The position numbers and the translations under genes were made by a program. DNA of 58,900 bases. Origin: an uncultured Flavobacteriales bacterium. Lineage in GTDB: Bacteria > Bacteroidota > Bacteroidia > Flavobacteriales_G > JALEGO01. Positions 38,275 through 49,374 of the stretch are shown here, piece by piece. Every line of letters starts with the position of its first letter. Positions within the stretch are counted from its first letter, which is position 1. The notes under the pieces were generated by a model. It ran no database searches, was not told where the DNA came from, and saw nothing but the letters and a program-made list of their open reading frames with translations. The DNA is taken from positions 19,201 through 78,100 of the forward strand of contig CAZEIM010000008.1 of NCBI GenBank assembly GCA_964512145.1, written 5' to 3'.

Positions 38275-41200
38275 TTGTTGCGGATTTTAGGAAAAATAAA
38301 TTTTATTGGGTATTTAATCATATTGACTATTGGTAAATTATATAGTCAAGAAAATGACTCTAATTCAATTGTTTTACCGTTTCCATTTAAAGATGAAAGC
38401 TATAGTCCATTATCTAATCCTAAAGAAGGAGGCTTGTATCTTTCTACACCTTCTAATATTAAGTCGGATGTACAATACGATCCCAAAACCGAACGTTACA
38501 TCTTCGAACAAAAAATAGGTTCCAATATTGATTACAGAAGTCCTGCGTCTTTAAGTTTAGATGAATATTTAGAATACGATATGCAAAAATCTCTTAAGCG
38601 CTTTTTTGCTGAAAAACAAGCTGAAGAGCTTGAAGAAAAATCAGGAGATGATGCTAGTAAATTTAAACCTCAAATAAAAGTTGAAAACGAAATTTTTGAT
38701 CGAATCTTTGGAACCAGCACCATAGATATTAAACCTCAAGGATCTGCAGAGGTAATTTTAGGAGTTCAAAGTTCAAGAACCAGAAACCCTGCTATTCCTT
38801 TGAAACAACAAAGCTTAACTACGTTTTTATTTGATCAAAAAATTCAGCTCAATGTTCTAGGACAAATTGGTGATAAAATGAAATTAAACTTAAACTTTAA
38901 TACCGAAGCCATGTTTAATTTTGAAAATATCACCAAATTATCGTATGCCGGAAAAGAAGATGATATTTTACAACTTTTAGAGGCCGGCAATGTTTCCATG
39001 CCCTTAAAAACTACCCTTATCACCGGTAGTCAAACACTTTTTGGATTAAAAACAGGATTAAAGTTTGGTAAACTAAGGGTCACTACAATTTTATCTCAAC
39101 AACAAGGGAAAAAACAAGAAATTGAAGTTAAAAATGGCGCACAAATTAAACCATTCGAAGTAAAAGCTGATGAGTACGAGTTTAACCGTCACTTTTTCCT
39201 CGATCATTTTTTTAGAGACCAATTTGAGAAAGCTGTTGGCTCTCCGCCTATTATCAATTCCGAAATTTATGTTACAAAAATTGAGGTATATAAAACCCCT
39301 TTAAATGTATTTGAAAATACGCGAAATATTATTGCTCTTCAAGACCTTGGTACTGCTAATAGTAATAAGTTTTTTAATAAAACGTTTGTAGTTGATAATA
39401 ACCCTGCCTCCAATATAGCAAGCAACGATGCAAATAACTTATACGCAATTTTTAGTAAAAACTCTAATATTCGTGGATTTGTTTCGGCCGTATCCGAACT
39501 GAAAAAAAATGGGCTACAAGATCGAAGAGACTTTTTTACCATTGCACAATCTCAAATGCTTACCGAAGGAAAAGATTATACACTTAACCGACAGTTGGGG
39601 TATATTTCATTAAATCAAGAATTACCAGTCGATTTTGCATTAGCCGTAGCTTTTCAATTCACCTATAGAGGTAAAACCTATCAAGTGGGTGAATTTTCAA
39701 CAGATGGCTATGCAGGTCAAGATGCTCTTATTTTAAAAATGTTAAAAAGTGTTGAGCTTGATGTAAGAGCACCTATGTGGGATTTAATGATGAAAAACAT
39801 ATACAATTTAGGTAATGCGTATCAGGTCAAAAAAGAAGGTTTTATATTAGATGTTTGGTATCTGGATCAAAATACGGGTGTAAAAATAAATTACATACCG
39901 GAAGGTAGTGTAAAAAATAGATCTATTATTCAATTATTAGGATTAGATAAATTAAGTGTTAATAACCAACCCGTACCCGGTGGAGATGGTATTTTTGACT
40001 TTTTAGATAATCCCCCTCTAACCATTATGCCGGCTAATGGACGAGTAATATTTACTAAACTAGAGCCTTTTGGATCGGGCCTAAGGAGTGCCTTTAGCCC
40101 CGATGAAATAAGTGTAGCCAATAAATACACCTTCGACTCTCTATATACCAATACCCAAGCCATCGCTCGAGTTAACTTCCCGCAAAGAAACCGTTTTTAT
40201 ATTAAAGGACAATACGAATCGGCTAATAGCTCTGAAATATCATTAGGTGCATTTAATATTCCTCAAGGAGCTGTAAGAGTTACTCAAGGCGGAAATGTAT
40301 TGGTAGAAAATATTCATTATACCGTTGATTATAATTTAGGAAGAGTTAAAATAATTGATGCCGGAGTTATGCAATCGGCAACACCCATTAAAATTTCTTT
40401 AGAAAGCAACTCTTTATTTTCTGTTGTTCAAAGAAGCTTAATTGGAACTCGTTTCGATTATGATGTGAACAGAAATTTAACATTAGGAGGAACATGGATG
40501 CGAATGTCTGAACGCCCGGTAACTCAAAAAGTAACGTTAGGAGACGAACCTTTTATTAATAACATGTTAGGCTTTGATATGCAATATAACCAAGAATCAA
40601 AGTTTATAACCACCATGCTTAACCGTTTACCTTTTATTAATTCTAAGAATAAAGCAAAAATCAATTTTATGGGTGAATACGCCACCCTTTTACCCGGTCA
40701 CCCTAAAAGGGTCATAGGGCAAACCGGTACAGCCTATATCGATGATTTTGAAGGCAGCCAATCTACTATTGAATTAAGAGGAGTAAATAATTGGAGAATC
40801 GCAAGCACACCACAAGGTCAAAGAAATTTATTCCCGGAAGGTGAATTAACCAACAATATTGCCAATGCTTATAATCGAGCAAAATTAGCTTGGTACACCA
40901 TCGATCCCTCTGTTTTCTATAGAACTACAAGCTTTACACCTCAACATATCAGCGATGACAAAGAAATGCTGTCCAATCATTTTATGAGAGTTGTGTATGA
41001 AAATGGAGTGTTTCCTAACAGACAATTAAATCCCACACAGCCTCAAAACATAGCTATGTTTGATTTGGCCTACTATCCAAGCGAAAGAGGTCCATATAAT
41101 TACGATGTAGATGGTAGAGACGAAAATGGTGTTAAATATGCATCAGGAATAAATCCAGATGGTACTTTGGCTAATCCGGAAGAGCGATGGGCAGGAATTA

Positions 41201-44200
41201 TGCGAGAAATACACACCAACGATTTTGATGCCGCAAATGTAGAATTTATACAGTTTTGGCTTATGGATCCATATGCCGAAGCTGGTAATCCTGGTTTTCC
41301 AGATTTTTCCAACAGTGGTGAATTATTTTTTAATATCGGAAATATCAGCGAAGATGTTATGCGTGATGATCAGGTGTTTTTTGAAAATGGTTTAGGGACC
41401 AGCGAGGCAGAAGCCTCTGATTTATCAGGAGATGCTTTTTCTCCCTGGGGAAGGGTGATTCCGGCTAATATCCCTTATTTAGTAAATGCATTTGATAACG
41501 ATCCAAATACCCGTTCTTTTCAAGATGTAGGATTAGATGGCTTGAGAAATCAAGAAGAGCAGCGATATTTTAAAGAAGCTTATTTAGATAAAATAGCAAA
41601 TTTATTCGGGACAGCATCACAAGCGTATTTATCGGCTTCAAATGATCCCTCGTCTGATGATTATAATTATTATCTCGATGATGACTTTGATACTCAAGAA
41701 CTAAACATCTTACAGCGTTATAAAAAATTTAATGGACTCGAAGGAAATTCCCCTACCTCGGAACAATATGCCTCTCAAAATGCAGCAGGGTACCCTACTA
41801 CCGCCTCTACGCTACCTAATTCCGAAGACATTAACAATGATAGAACCATCAATTTTGGTGAAAGTTATTACCAATATCGCGTAAAAATTAATCCCTCAGA
41901 GGTTGCTGAATCAAATGTTGGACGAAATTATATTTACAGCGTATACGAAGAAAATTATACTGGAGTAGACGGAGTAACTAAACCAGTTAAATGGTATCAG
42001 TTTAGAATACCCGTAAGGGATATTAATCGTGAATCCATCAACGGAATGAATAACTTAAACTCCATACGTTTTATGCGTATATTTATGAAAGGGTTCAAAG
42101 ACCCTGTTTTCTTAAGATTTGCTCGGCTTGAATTAGTAAGAGGAGAATGGAGAAAATATTTAGGAAATACGAAAGTTCCTGGAGAATATATCGACAACGA
42201 TCAATATAATAATTTCAGCATTGCTGCAGTTAATATCGAAGAAAATGGATCGGTTGATATTTCTCAAAATACACTTGGAGTAAGTTATGTTATCCCTCCC
42301 GATATTGAGCGTCAAATAAATTTAAATACCGTTAATCAACAATTGTTAAATGAACAGGCTATTGCTTTAAATTCATGTGGTTTAGCCGATGGAAATTTTA
42401 ATGGAGCTTATCGAAATGTAAATTTTGATGTGCGAATGTATAAGCGACTGCAAATGTTTGTTCATGGTCAATCAGCCGATAAAGATAATTTATTGAAAGA
42501 TGATGAGTTAAAGGTATTTATTCGCTTAGGTACTGATTTTGAAAATAATTACTACGAATACGAGTTGCCTTTAAAAATAACCCCACCCGGAAATTATATT
42601 AATGACGATAGAAATGCGCGTTTAATTGTTTGGCCGGAGGCCAATAATATGGATATTGAATTTGCACAATTGCAAAAAGCTAAAACACAACGAAATCAAA
42701 GCATTGGAAACAATTTTCAATTATTACAACAACCCTATAGTATTCCGGATCCTAATTATCCAAATAACACTATTACTATTGTGGGTAACCCCAATTTAAG
42801 TACCCTTAAATCGGTTATGATAGGAGTTAAAAACCCTAAAGATGATGGTATAGAAAAATGCGTACAGGTATGGGTAAATGAATTGCGTTTAACCGACTTT
42901 AACGATGATGCGGGCTGGGCCGCTTTAGGGAGATTAGTTGCCGATTTACCCGGATTAGGCACCTTATCGGTTGCGGGCGCTATGAGCACCCCCGGATTTG
43001 GAAGCATTGATAAAAGAGTAGCCGAAAGACAATTAGAAACCATTCAACAATTCGATATTTCCTTTAGCACCGATTTAGGACAATTTATGCCAAATACTAA
43101 CCTAAAAATACCAACCTATGTAGGATATTCGCAAAACTTAATCAAACCCCGATTTAATCCACTAGACCCAGATGTAGAACTAAAAAATTTACTACAAACA
43201 CCCGATGCAAATAAAACTTTTATCGACTCATTAATGACTGTAACCAACGATTTAACCATCAATCGCAGTTTAAATTTTACCAACGTTCGCAAAGAAAAAG
43301 GTAAAGATAAAAAAGTGTCCTTACCCTGGGATATTAGTAATTTCACAACCTCTTTTGCCTACCAAGAAACCTACCGAAGAAATTTTAATTTAACCCTCGA
43401 CCTAACTAAAAGATATACGGGCAACTTAACCTATGCCTATAGCTTTAACACAAAACCAATTGAACCTTTTAAAAAATTAATCAAGTCTAAATCAAAATAT
43501 TGGATGTTAATCAAAGACTTTAATTTGTATTATTTACCCAAACAAATTGGTTTTAGTACAGACTTAGAAAGGTTTTATAATGAACGTATTACTAGAAACA
43601 ACAATCCTGGAATTACAGCTGAATTACCTCCATTTTATAATAAAACATTTAACTGGAAAAGGTTTTACGATTTAAAATGGGATATTTCTAAATCACTTAA
43701 ATTAGATTTTAATGCGTCTAATATTGCTCTAATCGAAGAGCCCTACGGACAAGTAAATAAAAAACAAAATAAAGAGGCTTATATGTTTTGGAGAGATTCT
43801 GTTTTTAAAAGTATGTCTATGGGCGGTACAACGATGGACTACCGACATCAAGCAAACCTAAATTGGTCAATTCCCCTTAATAAGTTCCCTTTACTTGATT
43901 GGATAAATGCCACAGCTAGATATTCGGGTTCATACAATTGGATGAGAGCCCCATTTGCTGCCGATAGTTTGGGGCATACCATTCAAAATTCAAACAGTAA
44001 ACAACTAAATGTTAACATGAACTTTGTAAACCTATACAACAAAGTGCCGTATCTCAAAAAGGTTACGCAAAAATTTAATGCTCCTAAAAAAGATAATAAA
44101 CAAGACGCTAGAAAAAATATGTTAGAAAAAAAGGTTAATAAAGCAATTGAAAATGTTTTAGATACTACCCTAGCAAAAAAGAAAGAAAAAAAGGAAAAAG

Positions 44201-45648
44201 AAGAAAAAATAACATTCTTAGACCATACGCTGCGAGTATTAATGGGTATTAAAAACGCCTCTGTTACCTATAGTCAAGATAATGGCTTATTACTTCCGGG
44301 ATACGGACAAAAAACCTCGTTGCTCGGTATGAATTCTGGTTTTACTGCTCCGGGAATTCCTTTTTTATTCGGATTACATGAATATTTCGGTGAATCTAAA
44401 AATAAAAAATTTGCTCCATACGCTGCTTCTAAAGGGTGGATGGTCCAAGGAGTTAATATAACCACCATGCACACAACTACCCAAACTGAACAAATCAATT
44501 TCAGAAGTTCCGTTGAACCTATAAAAGATTTTCGAGTTGATTTAACCGCAAACTACACCTACGGGTTTAATACCAGCGAATTTTTCAATTGGAACGATTC
44601 TTTGCCCGGAGGGCCCGGTTATCAAAGTCAAAGTTATACGGAAACAGGGAATTTTAGTAAATCATTCAATACATTTGCTACTGCATTTGCTAGGATAGAT
44701 AGTAATTATAATACCCTTATCAATAACCGGTTTCTAATAAATAGAACTATTATTTCCGAACGCATGGCCAATGAAAGAGCTGGTTCAATTTCTAATTATC
44801 TAAATGGTCTTCATCCATCCGATTCAGGGTACAAAGAAGGTTTTGGATCAACCAATCAAGATGTATTGATTCCGGCATTTATTGCCGCTTATACCGGAAA
44901 AGATCCCTCAAAAACAACCTTAAATCCAATACGTAGCCTTCCCAATATAAACTGGAGGGTTACGTATACTGGTCTTAATAAATTAGAAGTTATTAAAAAG
45001 AAGGTGAAATCTGTTTCGATTACTCATGGATATAAATCAACCCTTACCATGGGCACCTTTACAAGTAATATGTTGTTTTTCGACAATTTACAAACTGCAC
45101 CAAATGGAGTAGAATTTGCTGATACTCTTGACGCTAATAGTAATTTTATTCCCAGATATCAAATAAACACTATTGTTATTTCAGAACAATTATCCCCATT
45201 AATTAATATAGATGTTACTATGAAAAACAACATGCAAGTGCGATTTGAAATTAAAAAAGATCGAAATATTACCTTAAGTATCCCAAATACTCAAGTTACA
45301 GAAATCAATGGTATGGAGTATATTGTTGGTACCGGATACATTATCCCTAAAGTAAAATTCCCTTTTAAAATTGCCGGAAGTAGCAAAAAAATTGAAAGTA
45401 ATTTAAATCTACGAGTTGATTTTTCTATACGTGATAATAAAACTATTTTAAGAAAAATTATTGAAGGTACTAACGTAGCCTCGGCAGGACAAAAAATTTA
45501 TTCGCTAAAGGCTGCTGCTGATTATCGTTTAACAGAAAAATTAAATCTTAGATATTTCCTTGACTGGATTAGCACTACTCCGTTTATTTCCACATCATTC
45601 CCTACCTCTAACTTTAGTTCAGGGATTAGCGTACGATTTACATTATGA
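38275..45648 (+). CDS. sprA: T9SS outer-membrane translocon SprA (Sov)
   Basis: 2457 aa directly after ruvA. Motifs include IDIKPQGS, EDDILQLLEAGNVSMP, WDLMMKNIY, AYIDDFEG, RAKLAWY and WVNELRL, and the C-terminus is GISVRFTL. Confidence 0.95.
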   Translation: MLRILGKINFIGYLIILTIGKLYSQENDSNSIVLPFPFKDESYSPLSNPKEGGLYLSTPSNIKSDVQYDPKTERYIFEQKIGSNIDYRSPASLSLDEYLEYDMQKSLKRFFAEKQAEELEEKSGDDASKFKPQIKVENEIFDRIFGTSTIDIKPQGSAEVILGVQSSRTRNPAIPLKQQSLTTFLFDQKIQLNVLGQIGDKMKLNLNFNTEAMFNFENITKLSYAGKEDDILQLLEAGNVSMPLKTTLITGSQTLFGLKTGLKFGKLRVTTILSQQQGKKQEIEVKNGAQIKPFEVKADEYEFNRHFFLDHFFRDQFEKAVGSPPIINSEIYVTKIEVYKTPLNVFENTRNIIALQDLGTANSNKFFNKTFVVDNNPASNIASNDANNLYAIFSKNSNIRGFVSAVSELKKNGLQDRRDFFTIAQSQMLTEGKDYTLNRQLGYISLNQELPVDFALAVAFQFTYRGKTYQVGEFSTDGYAGQDALILKMLKSVELDVRAPMWDLMMKNIYNLGNAYQVKKEGFILDVWYLDQNTGVKINYIPEGSVKNRSIIQLLGLDKLSVNNQPVPGGDGIFDFLDNPPLTIMPANGRVIFTKLEPFGSGLRSAFSPDEISVANKYTFDSLYTNTQAIARVNFPQRNRFYIKGQYESANSSEISLGAFNIPQGAVRVTQGGNVLVENIHYTVDYNLGRVKIIDAGVMQSATPIKISLESNSLFSVVQRSLIGTRFDYDVNRNLTLGGTWMRMSERPVTQKVTLGDEPFINNMLGFDMQYNQESKFITTMLNRLPFINSKNKAKINFMGEYATLLPGHPKRVIGQTGTAYIDDFEGSQSTIELRGVNNWRIASTPQGQRNLFPEGELTNNIANAYNRAKLAWYTIDPSVFYRTTSFTPQHISDDKEMLSNHFMRVVYENGVFPNRQLNPTQPQNIAMFDLAYYPSERGPYNYDVDGRDENGVKYASGINPDGTLANPEERWAGIMREIHTNDFDAANVEFIQFWLMDPYAEAGNPGFPDFSNSGELFFNIGNISEDVMRDDQVFFENGLGTSEAEASDLSGDAFSPWGRVIPANIPYLVNAFDNDPNTRSFQDVGLDGLRNQEEQRYFKEAYLDKIANLFGTASQAYLSASNDPSSDDYNYYLDDDFDTQELNILQRYKKFNGLEGNSPTSEQYASQNAAGYPTTASTLPNSEDINNDRTINFGESYYQYRVKINPSEVAESNVGRNYIYSVYEENYTGVDGVTKPVKWYQFRIPVRDINRESINGMNNLNSIRFMRIFMKGFKDPVFLRFARLELVRGEWRKYLGNTKVPGEYIDNDQYNNFSIAAVNIEENGSVDISQNTLGVSYVIPPDIERQINLNTVNQQLLNEQAIALNSCGLADGNFNGAYRNVNFDVRMYKRLQMFVHGQSADKDNLLKDDELKVFIRLGTDFENNYYEYELPLKITPPGNYINDDRNARLIVWPEANNMDIEFAQLQKAKTQRNQSIGNNFQLLQQPYSIPDPNYPNNTITIVGNPNLSTLKSVMIGVKNPKDDGIEKCVQVWVNELRLTDFNDDAGWAALGRLVADLPGLGTLSVAGAMSTPGFGSIDKRVAERQLETIQQFDISFSTDLGQFMPNTNLKIPTYVGYSQNLIKPRFNPLDPDVELKNLLQTPDANKTFIDSLMTVTNDLTINRSLNFTNVRKEKGKDKKVSLPWDISNFTTSFAYQETYRRNFNLTLDLTKRYTGNLTYAYSFNTKPIEPFKKLIKSKSKYWMLIKDFNLYYLPKQIGFSTDLERFYNERITRNNNPGITAELPPFYNKTFNWKRFYDLKWDISKSLKLDFNASNIALIEEPYGQVNKKQNKEAYMFWRDSVFKSMSMGGTTMDYRHQANLNWSIPLNKFPLLDWINATARYSGSYNWMRAPFAADSLGHTIQNSNSKQLNVNMNFVNLYNKVPYLKKVTQKFNAPKKDNKQDARKNMLEKKVNKAIENVLDTTLAKKKEKKEKEEKITFLDHTLRVLMGIKNASVTYSQDNGLLLPGYGQKTSLLGMNSGFTAPGIPFLFGLHEYFGESKNKKFAPYAASKGWMVQGVNITTMHTTTQTEQINFRSSVEPIKDFRVDLTANYTYGFNTSEFFNWNDSLPGGPGYQSQSYTETGNFSKSFNTFATAFARIDSNYNTLINNRFLINRTIISERMANERAGSISNYLNGLHPSDSGYKEGFGSTNQDVLIPAFIAAYTGKDPSKTTLNPIRSLPNINWRVTYTGLNKLEVIKKKVKSVSITHGYKSTLTMGTFTSNMLFFDNLQTAPNGVEFADTLDANSNFIPRYQINTIVISEQLSPLINIDVTMKNNMQVRFEIKKDRNITLSIPNTQVTEINGMEYIVGTGYIIPKVKFPFKIAGSSKKIESNLNLRVDFSIRDNKTILRKIIEGTNVASAGQKIYSLKAAADYRLTEKLNLRYFLDWISTTPFISTSFPTSNFSSGISVRFTL

Positions 45649-46109
45649 TAAAAAAGAAACCCACTTTTGATGAAATTTACATGAATTTAGCCGGTGAGCT
45701 AAGCAAACGATCTCATTGTGTAAAAAGACAGGTAGGAGCTGTAATAGCTAAAGATACTCGTATTGTATCTCTTGGATATAATGGTCCCCCGGCTGGAACT
45801 CATAATTGTGATGAACAATGGCCTGAACAAGGTTGTCCTAGAAGTGAAAAAGGTGGGTGCTCCTTGGCATTACATTCTGAAGAAAATGCTATTTTATATG
45901 CCGCTAAAAACAATATTACATTATCGGGAGCCACATTGTATGTTACGCTTTCCCCTTGTTTAGCATGTGCACGAATGATATATACCTCTGGAATTAAACG
46001 AGTAGTATATCTTGAGTCGTACGCTGAATACAAAGGTTTTAAAACAGATGAAGGAGTTGATTTTTTAACTCGTTTCGGGGTTACTGTAGAGAAATACAAA
46101 ACCGAGTAA
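45645..46109 (+). CDS. dCMP deaminase family protein
   Basis: RSHCVKRQVGA, GYNG, HSEENA and SPCLAC; ATGA overlap with the sprA stop. Confidence 0.9.
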   Translation: MIKKKPTFDEIYMNLAGELSKRSHCVKRQVGAVIAKDTRIVSLGYNGPPAGTHNCDEQWPEQGCPRSEKGGCSLALHSEENAILYAAKNNITLSGATLYVTLSPCLACARMIYTSGIKRVVYLESYAEYKGFKTDEGVDFLTRFGVTVEKYKTE

Positions 46110-46201
46110 CTTACAAAGCACCCTTAAAAAGGATTTTACATTCTAAACAAAATAAGTTTAGATAGGTTATAAAAGTAGTATATGGCAATTATTTGTTAGA
46201 C

Positions 46202-48529
46202 ATGCGAATTTTTATCTTAATTTTTAGTATATTACTTTCATATTCCGCTATATGTCAAAATCAATTTACCTTAAGCGGATATGTAAAAGACAAAATAAAC
46301 GGTGAAGAACTTATTGGTGCAGCCGTAACCGTTAAAAATACTACCACTGGAGCTGTTACAAACTTATATGGTTATTATTCTTTAACGCTTCCTAAAGGGC
46401 AATATGATATAATGTTTTCATTTATCGGTTATGAGTCCATAACTAAAAATATTGATTTAACGCAAAATGTGAAATTAGATATTGAACTTACCTCTAGTTC
46501 AAAGGAATTACAAGAAGTATTGGTTGTAGGCGAAAAAAATAATGAAAACGTAAGTTCCGTAAATATGAGCACGGTAAATGTTAAAATGGAATCCTTAAAA
46601 AAAATTCCCGCATTAATGGGAGAGATTGATGTTATTAGAAGTATTCAACTATTACCGGGCGTACAAAGTGCAGGAGAAGGTTCTACAGGTTTTTTTGTAA
46701 GAGGAGGTGGAGTTGACCAAAATTTAGTGCTATTGGACGAAGCAACCGTGTTTAACGCATCGCATTTAATGGGATTTTTCTCTGTATTTAATTCCGATGC
46801 TATTAAAGATGCTCAATTATACAAAGGAGGTATTCCTGCGCGTTATGGAGGACGACTTTCTTCGGTTCTTGATATTCGTATGAAGGAAGGTAATATGAAA
46901 AAATTAGCTGTTTCGGGAGGAATTGGTGCGATTTCCAGTCGATTAACCTTAGAAGGTCCAATTGTTAAAGATAAAGCATCGTTTATTTTATCCGGTAGAC
47001 GAACTTATGCTGACTTATTTTTAAAACTCAGCAATAATGAAGGATTGAGAAATAGTCAGTTATATTTTTACGATTTTAATGGTAAAATAAATTATAAAAT
47101 AAATGACAACAATAGAATATTCGCCTCTGGATATTTTGGTAGAGATATTTTGTCCATCGCCAAGTTTTTTAATATATCATGGGGTAACCAAACGTTTACG
47201 CTTCGATGGAATCACCTATTCTCCGAAAAATTATTTTCTAATATTTCATTTATTTACAGTAATTATAATTATAAATTAGGAATTCCCGAGGGTTTACAAT
47301 CGTTTGATTGGAACTCTAACATCATTAACTACTCTATAAAAAATGATTATACCTACTATTTAAACCCCAGTAATACGATTCGATATGGTTTTCAAAGTAC
47401 TTTTTTAGATTTTAATCCGGCAACTTTTACTCCCGGAAAAGGAAACGATGTGCTTACCGGCTTAAAACTGCCTAACAAATACGGCCTAGAACATGGAATA
47501 TATGTGAGCAATGAACAAAAAATAGGTGCACGTATTACCATCGATTATGGTTTACGCTTATCTATCTTTCAAAATATTGGTCCTGACACTATTTATCAAT
47601 TTAATGAAACATTTGACACGATTCCGGGTAATGGTTATGTTTCGTATAAAAAAGGTGAGTTTTTTAATACATATTCAGGACTAGAGCCCAGAGTGGGTAT
47701 AAATTATTCTATCAATGAGTTTAGCTCTTTTAAATTATCATACAATCGAATATTTCAATATCTGCATTTAGCCAACAACTCAACTAGTGGCACCCCTTTA
47801 GATGTATGGTTCCCATCTGATCCAAACGTTCAACCCAGAAGAGCCGATCAAGTCGCTTTAGGATATTTTAGAAACTTTTTCTCGAATATGTTTGAAACAT
47901 CTGTTGAGGTGTATTACAAAGAGTTTAAAAATGATATAGATTTTAAAGATAATGCCCAACTAATTTTTAATCGATTAATCTCCGGAGAAATAAGAATAGG
48001 AGAAGGAAGATCCTACGGAACAGAATTTTTTATTCGAAAAAATTCCGGTAAAATAAACGGCTGGATTAGTTATACATTCTCTAGATCTTTTAGAACAATT
48101 CAAACCATTAATAATGGAAATGAATATCCGGCTAATTTTGATAGACCACATAATTTTTCTTTTGTTTTTAGTTACGATATTTCTAAAAAATATTCTGTGG
48201 GAGCTACTTGGGTATATGTAACCGGCCTTCCCCTAACTGCACCAACTGGAAAGTTTGAATATCAGGGCATGCAAGTACCAATCTATTCTGATAGAAATGG
48301 AGCAAGAATTCCCGATTATCACCGAGGTGATTTTTCTGTAACATACACCCCAGATCGTGAAGGTAAAAAATTTAAAGACAATTGGAACCTTTCTATTTAT
48401 AACCTGTATGCAAGAAAAAATCCATTTTCGGTAACCTTTAAGGAAAATGATCAAACAGGTGAAACAGAGGCGGTAAAAACATATTTATTTTCCATCATTC
48501 CAACGATAACCTATAATTTTAATTTTTAA
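46202..48529 (+). CDS. TonB-dependent receptor with N-terminal carboxypeptidase-like domain
   Basis: TN.YGYYSLTL N-domain, plug motifs LLPGVQ, VRGGGVDQNL and YGGRLSSVLDI, and C-terminal YNFNF. ATG 46202 is the preferred start. Confidence 0.92.
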   Translation: MRIFILIFSILLSYSAICQNQFTLSGYVKDKINGEELIGAAVTVKNTTTGAVTNLYGYYSLTLPKGQYDIMFSFIGYESITKNIDLTQNVKLDIELTSSSKELQEVLVVGEKNNENVSSVNMSTVNVKMESLKKIPALMGEIDVIRSIQLLPGVQSAGEGSTGFFVRGGGVDQNLVLLDEATVFNASHLMGFFSVFNSDAIKDAQLYKGGIPARYGGRLSSVLDIRMKEGNMKKLAVSGGIGAISSRLTLEGPIVKDKASFILSGRRTYADLFLKLSNNEGLRNSQLYFYDFNGKINYKINDNNRIFASGYFGRDILSIAKFFNISWGNQTFTLRWNHLFSEKLFSNISFIYSNYNYKLGIPEGLQSFDWNSNIINYSIKNDYTYYLNPSNTIRYGFQSTFLDFNPATFTPGKGNDVLTGLKLPNKYGLEHGIYVSNEQKIGARITIDYGLRLSIFQNIGPDTIYQFNETFDTIPGNGYVSYKKGEFFNTYSGLEPRVGINYSINEFSSFKLSYNRIFQYLHLANNSTSGTPLDVWFPSDPNVQPRRADQVALGYFRNFFSNMFETSVEVYYKEFKNDIDFKDNAQLIFNRLISGEIRIGEGRSYGTEFFIRKNSGKINGWISYTFSRSFRTIQTINNGNEYPANFDRPHNFSFVFSYDISKKYSVGATWVYVTGLPLTAPTGKFEYQGMQVPIYSDRNGARIPDYHRGDFSVTYTPDREGKKFKDNWNLSIYNLYARKNPFSVTFKENDQTGETEAVKTYLFSIIPTITYNFNF

Positions 48530-48530
48530 T

Positions 48531-49358
48531 ATGAAAAATTACATTTACTATCTTGGTATATTCAGTTTACTAATTTTATCTTCCTGTGAAGAAGTAATTG
48601 ATTTTGAACTAAACGAAGGAAATAAAAAATTAATAATCGATGCACAATTTACCACAGAAGCCAAACAACACGTAGTAAAAATATCTATGTCGGGAAGTTA
48701 TTACGGTAAACCTATTTTTGAAAAAGTAAGTGGAGCATCTGTATCCATATCCAGCGATAGCACAGTATATATTTTTACTGAAATTGAACCTGGACTATAT
48801 CTTTCTGATTCAAATGCATATGGAATACAAGGAAAAACATATCAACTAACAGTTCAATATAATGGGGAAACTTATCAATCTGAAGCTACCATTAAAAGAA
48901 TTAATCCCCTGCAAAGTGTTTTCACCACACAAACTTTTGATACCATTCCCATTATTAATGAAATAGATTCTTCGCATAGTTTATGGATAGTAGTGCAGGA
49001 GCCTAAGGGACAAGGCGATTTTTATTTGGGAAAATATTATATTAACGGGATATTAGAGACAGATACAGTAAGAGAATATTCCTGGACAGATGATAGTTTT
49101 ATTGATGGACAGTTTATAGTTTTTCCGGTATATAATATCGATCATAAAAAAGTTAAATCTGGTGATATAATTAAGTTAGAGTTATTCTCTATCGAAAAAT
49201 CTTATAGCGATTATTTATTTAGTATTTTATTACAAACCGATTTTAAAGGCGGATTATTTGATGGTCCTGCTGCAAATGTAAAAGGAAACATCTCTAATGG
49301 AGCTTTAGGTTTTTTTGTAGCCTCTGATGTAACGACTAAAGAAACGATCATTCCGTAA
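48531..49358 (+). CDS. DUF4249-like lipoprotein, partner of the TonB receptor
   Basis: Lipobox LSSC followed by EEVID; C-terminal GNISNGALGFF. Confidence 0.85.
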   Translation: MKNYIYYLGIFSLLILSSCEEVIDFELNEGNKKLIIDAQFTTEAKQHVVKISMSGSYYGKPIFEKVSGASVSISSDSTVYIFTEIEPGLYLSDSNAYGIQGKTYQLTVQYNGETYQSEATIKRINPLQSVFTTQTFDTIPIINEIDSSHSLWIVVQEPKGQGDFYLGKYYINGILETDTVREYSWTDDSFIDGQFIVFPVYNIDHKKVKSGDIIKLELFSIEKSYSDYLFSILLQTDFKGGLFDGPAANVKGNISNGALGFFVASDVTTKETIIP

Positions 49359-49374
49359 GTAGTTGTGGTAAAAA

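Noticed and set aside
38330..46099. Short alternative-frame and antisense ORFs inside sprA and the deaminase
   Set aside because: They are fully nested in well-supported genes, as are similar ORFs within the acyltransferase, rhomboid, mutL, flavoenzyme, symporter, selO, TonB receptor and fadD genes.
45645..46109. Deaminase as an anti-phage dCTP-depletion system
   Set aside because: It is a short stand-alone dCMP deaminase with no fused kinase-like domain and no defence-island context.
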